This document shows positions 14,468 through 26,400 of a stretch of DNA of 64,000 bases, piece by piece. The notes beneath the pieces are model-generated. The model was given only the letters and a program-made list of their open reading frames with translations. It did not search any database and was not told the DNA's origin. The position numbers and the translations under genes are program-made. The stretch covers positions 3,038,001-3,102,000 of the forward strand of contig NC_134036.1 in assembly GCF_964204645.1 (NCBI RefSeq). Direction: 5' to 3'. This DNA is from Tubulanus polymorphus (Eukaryota > Animalia > Nemertea). The first letter of the stretch is position 1, and every line of letters starts with the position of its first letter.

Positions 14468-15000
14468 ACTTCACGATATCACATTTGGTCAACAAAATTA
14501 ACCCCGATCAGTCGCTTGCCAGTTCAGACTGGTTGGAAGATTATTTGGATGAACCAGATCCGAAATTTCCAATTTTATGTCTCTTCGATTTAAACAAAAA
14601 ATCCGTCAATTCGAGCGCCAATGACACAACTATATTCCAATTTTCAAAACCAAACCCCCTGTTTCGCTCCCGGCATGCGTGGCCGGTTTGTATAGGACAC
14701 CGAATGAAAAAACAAATCAAACGAAATATACCAATCAAATAAATATTAACTCTATTTCAGGACAAAAAAAGAACCGAGTCCATTCCTAATTATACACAGT
14801 CACATGAATAATTTTCTAATTTTGAAACTTATCAGAGAAAACCGGTTTAAGCCATTCTGTTAACACAACAGTGAAAAGCACGCTATCTAAAATAGCTCGT
14901 TACTAACCCGTCCGCTCAGGTCACAACATTGTCTCGGTTATTCGACCGAAAATATTATTCATGAAAAGTATTCATGAAATGTCGAGCGTGCGTTGTAAGC

Positions 15001-15073
15001 GGCGCCGTGGCTTAGCGGTTAAAGCGCCTGTCTAGTAAACAGGAGATCCCCGGTTCAAATCCGGGCGGTGCCT
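15001..15073 (+). tRNA. tRNA-Thr(AGT)
   Basis: GGCGCCG/CGGTGCC acceptor stem, D-arm GCTT/AAGC, anticodon arm CCTGT-CTAGTAA-ACAGG, T-arm CCCGG-TTCAAAT-CCGGG, followed by T-runs (Pol III terminator). Confidence 0.96.
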
Positions 15074-15310
15074 AATTTTGTTTTTTGTATACGAACAATT
15101 AAACTTTCTGCATTTTGGGAGTACCATATTCTGCTTTCCCTATGCGCTCATTTAACAGTCTATTCTAATGTTGCCCGTCCCACTGTTAGATCATGCCTGA
15201 GCGCCACACAACGAGTGGCCACAGGCGGTGCCGCGAGCTTTCTTTTTAACGTTTGATTTTTTCCTTATTTACCGAAAGTCCAAGTATTATGGGTGTACAT
15301 TCATACATAA

Positions 15311-15519
15311 GGGGCTGGTTTTATAGACTGGTATTACCTTTAACCAGGGGTTCACTCAATTGAAAATGAATAGAGTTAGCCCTCGGGTTTGAGGTAATGC
15401 CAGTCTAAAAACTGGGCCCAGGATCCAGTTCCACCTTGCGAGTTAGGATTTGACTCAAGAGTTAACTCATCGAAAATGAACTAATTTCTAACTCTAACTC
15501 ACGACCATAGAACTTGATC
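15311..15519. mobile_element. Two abutting foldback MITEs of about 100 bp
   Basis: gggctggttttatagactggtattacc...ggtaatgccagtctaaaaactgggccc, then gatccagttcc...gaacttgatc. Relatives lie at 52909, 57800 and 17896. Confidence 0.7.
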
Positions 15520-16833
15520 GTGATATCAAAATTGGGTTTACTAAATTCAGCTTGAACAAATTTCATATTATTCGATTCGAATGAAATGCACAGACACCAA
15601 AAGAGGCAGCGAATCCTAGTAAACTCTCGTCCAAAGATTAGTCATAAAACTGCATTATACTCAATTATCTTGGAAGACTAAATTCTATGAATTGCAAATC
15701 AATGAAAGACGCCATGTTGTCAGTACTGCTATATTTATCCATTGAACATCGTTTGATTCTGTTGTCATTGGAGGCAATAATCCGTTTCATTGTTGCCGCA
15801 TTAACCGCCCAGTAACAGAGGAATAACGCTCGGCTCCCACGGCGGCGAGTCCATCACGCACGGTGCTAATTGTTTGCCGAGGCATGAAATCTTATCAATT
15901 ACGCGCAATTGTCGTCTGCTCACGAACATCCGTCGCAATCTGAACATCGTCGACGAATTTAGAGAGAATACGGCGTATTGTCTCTTGATTCCGTTTCATT
16001 CTTAGCGACGGATTTTAATGAAATTTTTTCGGCAGCAAGATCTTTCATGATCAAATGATTGCGAAGAAGATGGCTTATTGGCGGATTTGGAAAAACACGT
16101 CGCCAACAGATTTATTTTCGATAGTCAAGTTGGGACTGTTGTAATCCCATTAATTTGCACCTAAACCGCGTAAAGCGATCAAATACAAGTCTCTTATTCC
16201 GTATGTGGCCGAGTTCGATTATTCTACCCAGAGTTGGTGCCAAATACCGAGTAAGAGTTTGTGACAGTGTCTCTTACTGCGGTAAAGTTGAGACCGGTAA
16301 AATTATACCCCGAATTGGTGTAAAAGTGAGTGAAAAACAGACGACTTGGTTTTAAATTGGTACGGGTAAAATTCTACCACAAGTTATTGGTCTCATATAC
16401 AGAAGTAGAGTCTTAGCAATACAATAGACTCCGTCTCATCTGACATTCCAAATTGAGTTGGTGCCAAATACTTTCTTCCGGATTTTATCAAAGTTTGGAC
16501 TGGTTAGATTCTACCACAAATTGGTTTCAAATATACGAATCGAGTCTTAGGTTAGATTCAAAGTTTGTCTAATGAGAGTAGACTTTATCTCGGTTTTTAC
16601 AAAGTTAGGTTTGGGTCGATTCTACGTCGAATTGGTGTCATATAATTGACTAATAGTTATGAGAAATACCTGTCTCTTACTCGAGGGTTCAGATTGTCCG
16701 GATTATACTAAGTACAAGTATTAAAAAACTTATCTAAACTTTGGGTAAAATTACCAATGACAAAATGCTATACATCGTCTTCATGTAAACCTTCATTTGT
16801 GTTCATGTTTCTTCAATTTTTTGTTCGTTGCAG

Positions 16834-17433
16834 GTGAATTGAAATTTCTCGAGTCGAGCTACACTGGTTCACTGTATCAGAACGCGCCACCGCGAACCAG
16901 CATACTGAGAGTGAAAGCGACGGACGACGAATCGACGGAAACCGTGTCTTACTACGTCGGATTGATGGAGGACATTTTCCAAATCGGCGAACACTCCGGC
17001 GTTCTGATGAACAAAGTTCGCCTAGACGAGCCTGTTAACCATACGTTCACGCTACCGGTCATGGCCACGTGTCGGGGCGAGGTTAAAATTGCATATTCGG
17101 TGATACGCGTGGTGACCTTCAATAAATACCAACCGAAACTCGACAAGAAAGTTTATAATTTCGAAGTTTACCGAAACGCTGTGAAGGGTTCGATGATTTC
17201 TCGGGTGAAAGCGAAAGATCCCGATAAAGGAAACGCGTTGAAGTACACCATAAACGACAATAGCGATAATGTCAAGGACATTGTGGAGCTGAACGCGGTT
17301 AATGGCGAATTGGTCCTGAAGGGGGCGCTAGCGAAGTTGAAAATTCTGAAGTTCGATGTCGTAGTGACCGATGACGGTTCGCCGGTTAGAAAAGACAACG
17401 CAAAAGTGACAGTGGTTGTTCGCGATATACCCA
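16834..17433 (+). CDS. aGPCR exon: two cadherin-like repeats
   Basis: ttgcag|GT acceptor, A|gtaagt donor, phase 1-1, 600 nt. Motifs: F..SY...L, VKATDDE, FQIGEHSGVL, VKAKDPD, LNAVNGEL, VTDDGSP, VTVVVRD. Confidence 0.88.
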
Positions 17434-20400
17434 GTAAGTAGGCCTAGATTTTGTTCGCGAAGTATCGTTAAGTCCTGGGGCCGGTTGCATTAGTCACGGC
17501 TTAGACTTGAGACTAACTTATTTCTATAACCGATCTAACAACTTAGGACCAGTCTTTAAGCTTAATTTGGTTCTATAGCCAATCCAACATCTTAACAAGA
17601 TTTAACAAGTTTTATGACCACTTTTTGACTTAAGCCATGATGCAACCAACCACAGGAAATGTTGTCCGTAAACGTGTTCATTTTTTTCATGAGGGTAAAA
17701 GTGAGAACTTATGGATTCCATGAAACAAAACAAAATATATATAAGACTAAGACAATCAACACTAAAAAATAAAGAGGGTATTTTTCCTGAATTATGAAAA
17801 AGTAGAGATGTCTTATCTGACTTAACCTAACATCCATTGTCGACGAACTAAGGAGAATCGTCGAGTGATAATTGATCGGCCCCGATAAAGACCTTGGTCC
17901 AGTTCCACAGTTCTGAGTTAAGATTTGACCCTGGGTTAAAACATTGAAAATGAACTAACTTTAACTCAGAGTTAACTCTAACTCACAACTGTGGAACTGG
18001 GTCCTTAGCTTTATCTTTAGCTAATATACTACGTATGGTCCTTTAAACAACAGTAATTGCATTCCATTTATTAGTTAGTTGTATTACAGAGCCTCCTCTG
18101 TATAGTATATATCTTTGAAATGATGAATGAACGGGGAATTGAATTTTGAGTGGGATTTTGTTTCTGTTCGTTTCCATCGGCGAAGCGATAATTAAATCGT
18201 CCTTAACGACGATATTCAAACGAACAATACGCACCGTTAACCGTGGAAAAGGAGATGATCAATGCGCTTGTCTCAGTAACAGAGCAGCGGGGGCGACACG
18301 GGGGTTTAAAATGTTTTAGGTTTCTGTGTGCATGTTGTTCAGTTCATCGATACTGGATTAAAGAAAAGACTGCAGGCAAGAAAAGATCGACACGGTAAAT
18401 TCGGGCTGTAATGATGGCAAAGACTGTTCTATCTATGTGTAGGCCTACAGATCTAATGAATGAATAGGCAATGGCAATTAAAGGATTTGGCTTGTCATCG
18501 CTGTATCAGTAAGGGGATTGTCTAGAAATTAGTCCGACATTCCCAGAACGTTTTGTGTGACAATGATCTATTTTCGTAGCAATATGATCGACAGTACTAC
18601 TATCAATGACTGACTGTAGTCCTAATAGGCTTGGCAAACCAATTCCAGGAAACGAAGAGATTTACAACATGAGAAAGGTTATCATCATAAGACACTATAA
18701 TTCCTGATATTGCGGCTCAGTTAACCATTAGATACTGTTCCTGAAAATCGGGGAACAGCAAACCATTGCTAGAGACTGTTCCTGACAATCACGGGTCGGA
18801 GAACCATTTTGAAAGACTGTTCCTGGCAATCCAGGGTCAGTGAACCATTTTGAAAGAGTGTTCCTGGCAATCAGGGGTCAGTAACCCATTTAAAGAGACT
18901 CTTCCTTACAATCAAGGGACAGTAAACAATTTGCAGAGACTGTTCCCGATAATTAGCGGGGACAGAGAACCATTTTAAGAGGCTGTTTCAAACAATCAAA
19001 CCAATAGTTCAAACAACATAACAGCTGATACGGAATAAGATGAAAGCTTAGAAGCAAATGCAAAGCCACATTCGGAAGTGGATATAGCGTAATAGGTCCA
19101 GTACAATTCCTACATCATCAGTCTGAAGAGTACGGAACACTTCACCGATGATATTCTCTCGATCGCGTTCACTCGAGATAACTCGCATAGACAGACAGAG
19201 CTTCTTTGCTTCCATTCATTGTCAGATACCGATGACCACTTGTGATTGTCAGGTACCGACCGCTATCTATCCGCGCTAATGAGCTGGCTATCGTATTTCG
19301 TAGACATGAAAGAGTACACCACTACAACTAGAATAAATTTCGTTATCTTTCAAGGAATGTACAATATGTCTGTCTATAGGTCTACTTGACGTAAATGCCA
19401 CAAAAAGTCTGAAGTAGTTAAAGATTACTTCAACGATTCAGTAAAATCGTGATTAGTTATTAATGAAGACCTTCTCATTGGCCCTACTCGATAACTTCGA
19501 CGATTCAGTAAAATTATGATTGGTTACTTTGACGACTTTCTTATTCTTAATAACTTCAACGATTCAGTAAAATTATAACTATTTACTAATGACGACCTTT
19601 TCAACCTTGATAACTACAACGATTCAGTAAAATTGTGATTAGTTACTAATGACGACCTTTATCATTCTCAATAACTTCAACGATTCAGTAAAATTATAAC
19701 TATTTACTAATGACGACCTTTTCAACCTTGATAACTACAACGATTCAGTAAAATTGTGATTAGTTACTAATGACGACCTTTATCATTCTCAATAACTTCA
19801 ACGATTCAGTAAAATTATGATTAGTTACTAATGACGACCTTCTAATTCTCGATAACTTCAACGATTCAGTAAAATTATGATTAGTTACTAATGGCGACCT
19901 TCTAATTCTCGATAACTTCAACGATTCAGTAAAATTATGATTAGTTACTAATGGCGACCTTCTAATTCTCAATAACTTCAACGATTCAGTAAAATTATGA
20001 TTAGTTACTAATGACGACCTACTCATTCTCGATAAGTTCAAGTAATATAAATGCATCAAAGTACTGAGTAGGCAGAATACACATAAAAGAAGGAAAAAAT
20101 TGGATGTTGATGCCAGACTTTGTTTGGCTTCATGGGGAGGACTAACAGCTCTACTCGTATAACAGTGCTTTACAATCTACCTCAAAAGCAATCACAGTTA
20201 GAAGGAAACCCGACAGATCCTGTGCATTAATTATTCAGCCCAGTCGTAAAAGACCATCAGACACAATCGGCTAAAATTGCCGCAATCAATTTATTAGCAA
20301 CAGCAAAAGATGTACGCACGCGACGGCCAAAAAACTAACTAACCGGTATTTCATATTTGAATAATGAATCGGCAATCACTGATTTGGTGGCATTCCCACG

Positions 20401-23400
20401 TTTTGTAAATTCCACAAACGGAGACGTAAATATCAAACATGAGTATTGAACCATTTTTTCGAGAAATAGGAAATGTACATTTTCTGCAAATGAATAATAT
20501 ATTTGCTTAGTTCCCTGAATGGAGATTTGCATTTTTCTAAAGATGGAAATATGTATTTTCATATTTCTTAAAATGAGAAATATGTTTTCAAAGAAGAGAA
20601 ATTCACATATTTCTAGGAAATAGAAATGATTATCATATCATATCAGGAAACTCTCAAAAACCTTCCCCCAAATATTCTTTGTGCGCAAATGCTAACGTTA
20701 TGGGTATGATAACTATAAAAAATCTCTTTTGCTACAACGAAGTTTCTGTAAAGATCTGAGAAATTCAAAATTTAATGAAAAGTAAAGAACTTCAATGGCA
20801 ACGGGAAATTTAATCTAAATTGAACTAATTTCGTCGAAGAAAATTTTATTCATATCTAAAAGTAGAATTAAGCAAAAATGTTAAAATTAATGGAAACTAT
20901 TTCGATTGCGATGCGAAACCATGAAAATTATTTTCAAAATCTATTCCAGCCTAATTATAAACTTCCTTTAATGTTTGTTTTTCTTCACAGGGACAAACGT
21001 GATTTATTTTCGAGCAAACGCTACGGTAAAAAGAAAAGACTAGTTTGATTTATACGTACCACCCTCCTCCCAGTCCTTAAATGCAGTAATAAATTGATTC
21101 TAAAGTAGAGATTCTATCTATTTCGAGATAGCTGCTGCAGGACGAATTCTAATATTTCACCGGTCGTTTCGCAGACGAGCGCCGACAAAAACAGGCGTCA
21201 TTAAAATTTCATTTGCATCTGGTTTCGACAAAACGAATCACGAGCGTTCGTGCTGCTAGTATTGTCCTCGGCATGCGTGGAGATTCGTCTAAGTGGCTAA
21301 ATTTATCATTGTCTAGATTTTTTAATCAAAGTGTGAGATTGAAACGGCGACACGGACATTCGAGCCGCACGCGAAAATCAGATGTAGACTTCTCTGCCGG
21401 CAGGTAACGTCCATCTCCGCGCCGATGATTAAGACCGAAGCATTAATGGACGAAACGGGAAGAGAAATGTTTAGCAGACAGTTCTGAAATTACAGTAGAG
21501 AATAATCCATTGGGAAAGTTAATTGAAAAACTTTTCATTGAATTCTTTGAAAATGTTCTATTCGTTTTAGGCAAGATTGTGGCTATGAATTTTTCAAAAA
21601 GCTTCGGGAATTAAGTTATACTGAATTCAATTCGTTTCGATAATAGACCTGAAGAAAGACTTGGTATATGAGATTGGAAAATTGTAATCACGCATGAGTT
21701 GAACTAGACTTGAAAGTTCATTCTCTTCTCAGGTGAATAAATGCAATAAAAGTTGAAGGAGGATTTGTGAAGAATGTGAAACAGAAACCCGCTCCGTTCT
21801 GACAATAGACCGTAAGGAGAAAACTTGGAACCCCAGATGTTGAATTTCCAGAAGACAAAGTACCTGTTACGTTTCAATTTGGAACCAATAATTAAAAGAA
21901 AGCATCCTAGCTGTACTTGGGGCCGATCCTTTCAGTTTTCCAATAGTGAATCGTAGCACTTCCCGAATATAGTTGGAGACATTTTGTTTCTCCAGAAATT
22001 CTTTGAATAACTTGAACAACTATCGATAATGAAGAACTTCCTAAGGGGGATATTGTTGCACAGTTTTATACTGCATTGGTGGAGTCATCTACGTTTAGGG
22101 CACAGCATGAAACCAGCAAGGGCCCTCTCTCAAGGTTTGCACAATTTGGGCTCGACCAGTCCACCTATTGAACTCAAACATCGACTGTGAAGCTGGGAGC
22201 AATCAACGATTGTCTCCCCTACGAATGACATTTATTTGAACTTCTTCAAAGTTAAAACGCTCCCCAAATAGTATATAGCCTTTAGGTTATTCACTTAGAC
22301 AACCTGCGGTTCCCTTTGATGTATTATCTTAGAATACTATATATATCTCTCTCTAAAAAGCATTTTGTAATTGCAGTAGAGTTGGTTCCACGCATGGCAC
22401 CACAGTCGATTTGCGGACCGACTCTCTTTGCGCATTTCTCTCATGTCGCAATTAGCGAGAAGTAAAAAAAGATTACGAACAACTTGAACAGAAATTTCCG
22501 AAGGGCTTTTAAATTTTCTCGTATTTCAAACACAGCCACTGGCAAGTAATTATTAAGATTAAATTATATTCACCAGTATACGTGGGTACGTGCACCCGAT
22601 AACCCCTCCGGGCCTTGCGGGTAGCGATCCTTAGTTTGTTTACTTAATATTCATTACTCGGATGAAAACCCAACTAGCTGTCGATGAATTAAGTCGATAG
22701 TCTGGAAAGCAGTTAGTTTTTTTCCCCTCTTGCTTCTTTTTATATATCGCAAGGGCGGATCATCACGGCTTTAGGGGCCTTGAAAATGTTCAGATAGTGA
22801 TATCGACCATATTAACGATGAAACTAACCACAATTCAAATCTTTATCGATCGCCGTTTCGGTGCCTGCCAGAAATTACTGTAAAGGTAATTCACACTTTT
22901 TTCATAAATGCATTTTTCATTGAGATATTTGAAAAATTTATATCTGGAGAAACACTGCCCTTGACCCCCTCCGCTCAAATTTATGTATACGTCCCGGATA
23001 TATATAGAGATGGGCTAAAATGGTTGACTATCGTGAAATACTCGTATGCGGTGACCTCTTGTGACCAAAACAAAAATCTTTTGCTTTCTTCTTTGAAACA
23101 AAAAGAAAGGCCGAACCCGAAAGTTATGTCGATTTTAACACATTTTGCAACTCCTTGAAATGTCAATATTCCTGAACGCTTCTCCGTGGCGGCCTCTAGC
23201 GGCCAAGACTCGAATCGACCTACGTGTAGCAAGTAACGCCAGAAAATGGAAGAGATTTAGAAGTTCACACGTCTTCCGTTTCCGGGTAGAACAAGACGTT
23301 CGATCTGCAAAGTATCGAAATCAAACGTGAAATCCTCCTAAATAATGTACATACGTGGCGCCATCTAGCGTCCAGGCCATGTTCAACAAGTTTCATCAAA

Positions 23401-26400
23401 AGACTCGCTGGCGGAAATTTCTGAATCTTCGCATCACGATTGGCAATGCATTTTTCTCCTCCTCGAAGCAGATGATATGCGATCCTCTTGTCTCTCATCT
23501 TCAGCAGCGCATCCGTCGTGTGGTGGTGACGACGCTCACAATGATGATAAAAATACTGAACGAAACGACGATGAAACGACGAAGACGGAAAATATTTCGG
23601 AATCAAAGCCGAAACGACGAAGAATTCGATACGGTTAATGTTCGAATTGAACGATCGATTACCGAGATGCTGAAGATTCTTTCGATTCTTTGCAGTTTTT
23701 TTTTCGAGATGGAAATATTTTATATCATCTCACGCGCATAACAAGTCGTATCGATTTCATGGGAATGTGAAAATATCTTTTTTGTTCTGTTCACAAATCG
23801 TGAAGTGTAGCACCAGCCTCAGGCGTAGAGACACTTCTGGATTTGTTTCTCTTTTCATTGAAAACTTTTTTCCGTCAAAAGTAAAAGCGTGCACAGTTTC
23901 ATTTGGCATTTATCATGGCCAGTCGGTCGATCGATTTTCTGGGGGAAGGTGATAATATTTTTGGCGGAGTGGAACTACTATGTGGAAACACAATGCTAGT
24001 ACCGTTAAATCGAGAGGTCAGGGAGAACTCACCCTCCCGAAAACTTTGAACAAGTTGAGCATAAAAAGATGAGTTTCCAAACGGTGTAAAAGGTAAACAG
24101 GCCAAAGTCCGTGCAACCGATGAAGATACGGCCAAATCTATTGATCTGAGCTTTTGAAGCTGTTAATGATGGGCAGATCTCAGGACGGAGGACGGAGTTA
24201 CTCACTCAAAGCGAGGGGCTTCCTGCTGTCGACCGATTAACGATTCCTCGAAAATTCCGGGGCGGGATCTTTTTGACATTCGTCGGGAAAACTCGAGATC
24301 GCGTTACAACGTCACCGGCATAATAACGTTGCCGGGGAAACGACGAGAACAAATATAACCGTCTTTATTGTTGGTAATATCGTCTTGCGTTGAATCGGGA
24401 GCCGCGCGGCCAGTGATTGGATTCAAACACTCGATCACGATCTGATCGGCAGCCGACACCTGGTATCGACTGGGTTTCCGACGGTGTGTATGTCAGCGAT
24501 ATGCTCGTTATGATTCAATCATGGCTTGTCTTAGAACGGACAGATGAATACTAAATCGTTAAATCCTCGGCTGAAATCAGGGCAGAATGTCGAAACTGGT
24601 CATCGGATTTAAGGTTAGCACAATCTAGCCGATGAAGCATTGAAACCTATATGTTACTGCGATATACGATATGATATATGATATGATCTTTGGTAATGAT
24701 ATATGATATGATACCTGTTAAGTAGGCTAATAAGTTAGTTATTTGAGTCCAAAAACGCATCGCAAAAAAACTAAGGATCGGTTTTCTGGCTTGTTCATTT
24801 GGAGGACTGAATAATCCCGTTCTGTTAACATCGGAGAGCCGCATGTAATTTCCCAGACAAAAGATAAATGCTTTGAAGAGAAGTAACTTCAAAAACATGC
24901 CAAACAACAGTGTTTTAACAATGCTATTGTTTTCGGTCGCTATACTGCACAACGGTCGACTTTCTATGTCGCTGTATGAAAAATAGCGAAGGAAATGGAA
25001 ATCTCGCTAGAACTCGTGATTTTGCCTAGATCCGACTATACCCCAAAAACATGTACACGCCTGACATTTCAATTATCATCTGCTGCTTTGTTATCGATTG
25101 TTTTTCCTAAAACGTTATTTCTGTACATTTTTAATGAATCGATTAGACTCAGGTTGATAACCCGCACCGGAGCCGCGCAACGGAAACTTTTCTCTCTTGG
25201 GAGTTTAAAATTCTTTTCCATAACATGATTGTTAGAAGAACGGGCAAAATTTTAAATCTGACTAACAACAACTAACTATTTGCCGTCCTATTTTCCAAGG
25301 CACCGTTAGTTGCATAGCTAATATTTCCATCGAGGAAGGACACCTTGCCTTCTGCTGGCAAATCAAGATGTGCTAGTATAACTACTATAATAGCGAATAT
25401 CAAAATACAGTGAACCTCCGATATACCGCCAGCCCATATACCGCCACCCCGCCTACCGCCAAGTTTTCTCAAAGTACATCTCTATACAAATACATAATAA
25501 AACACCCCCAATATACCACCATAATCTCTAAAGCGCCAAATCGTTCTGCATCGCCTTCGGGGGTTGACTGTTTTATACAAACGATTTACGCGTATTTACA
25601 GAGTATAAGTTGTAAAATTGCAATTGCCATAAAGAGCTCGATGTCACATTTGAAAGTTCGAAGCAATTGCATCATTATTTTTGTTCGAGGTGTTATTATC
25701 TATCTAACAACTGCAACGTTTTCATCGATATTTCACAGAAAAATAATTTTATCAATACTTTGTATTATGACCAATTTGAAGTGGTTGTCCGTATGAGTTG
25801 ACAAGAAGCAAGAACGTCCGGGCATCAGTTCTGCCGCAGCAATTTGACAGCGTTGGCGATGGAACGTCGTCGGAAGATGGAACAGCCGGTCTAATGCAGG
25901 CAGGCTTGAAGGTCCCGATGACTTCTACGTAGTGAATCGTCATGGCGGCTGAAGCGAACGTAACCCGCGAAGAAGCATGCGCGCAGCAGTATGCTCAATG
26001 GTCTGGTCGTTTCTATATCAATGTGTACATTCTAACTCCGATTATGTTCGCGGGCTCGTTGATGAACACTCTAAACGTCGTCGTGTTTACCAAGTTAAAG
26101 TCTTCTCATCCTTCAATACACTTGTTAAAATGTCTCGCACTAGCAGACATCGGTTTGCTGTTTGGTCACTTTCTTGCGGATACTTTGCGCTATCTGATTT
26201 TCTACATCAATAACGGCGATAAAGTTTTCGCCGATCCTTTTTCCATTTATCCGAAAATGTACGCGTACGGAACACGGGCATTGCGTATAGGATTTGTGTA
26301 TGAGCGCAACTGGTTGACTGTTCTGATACAAATAGAACGATTACTGACTGTTTTATACCCGTTAAAAGCGAGCCAATGGTGGACGAAAAAGCACATGAAC

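Noticed and set aside
19760-20059. Repetitive ORFs (also 59604..60005 and 62743..63006) or a CRISPR-like array
   Set aside because: These are head-to-tail 60-bp satellite units with no unique spacers, no cas genes and a eukaryotic context. The ORF follows from a unit length divisible by 3.
20991-21025. Small exon-like segment (ttcacag|...|gtaaaa) in the large intron
   Set aside because: At 35 nt it breaks the phase 1-1 junction. It could be a UTR exon but is unsupported.
25730-25944. In-frame splicing of the cadherin exon onto the nested class A GPCR (chimeric receptor)
   Set aside because: An in-frame TGA lies three codons before the ATG in both intact copies, and the candidate upstream acceptors lead to stops.
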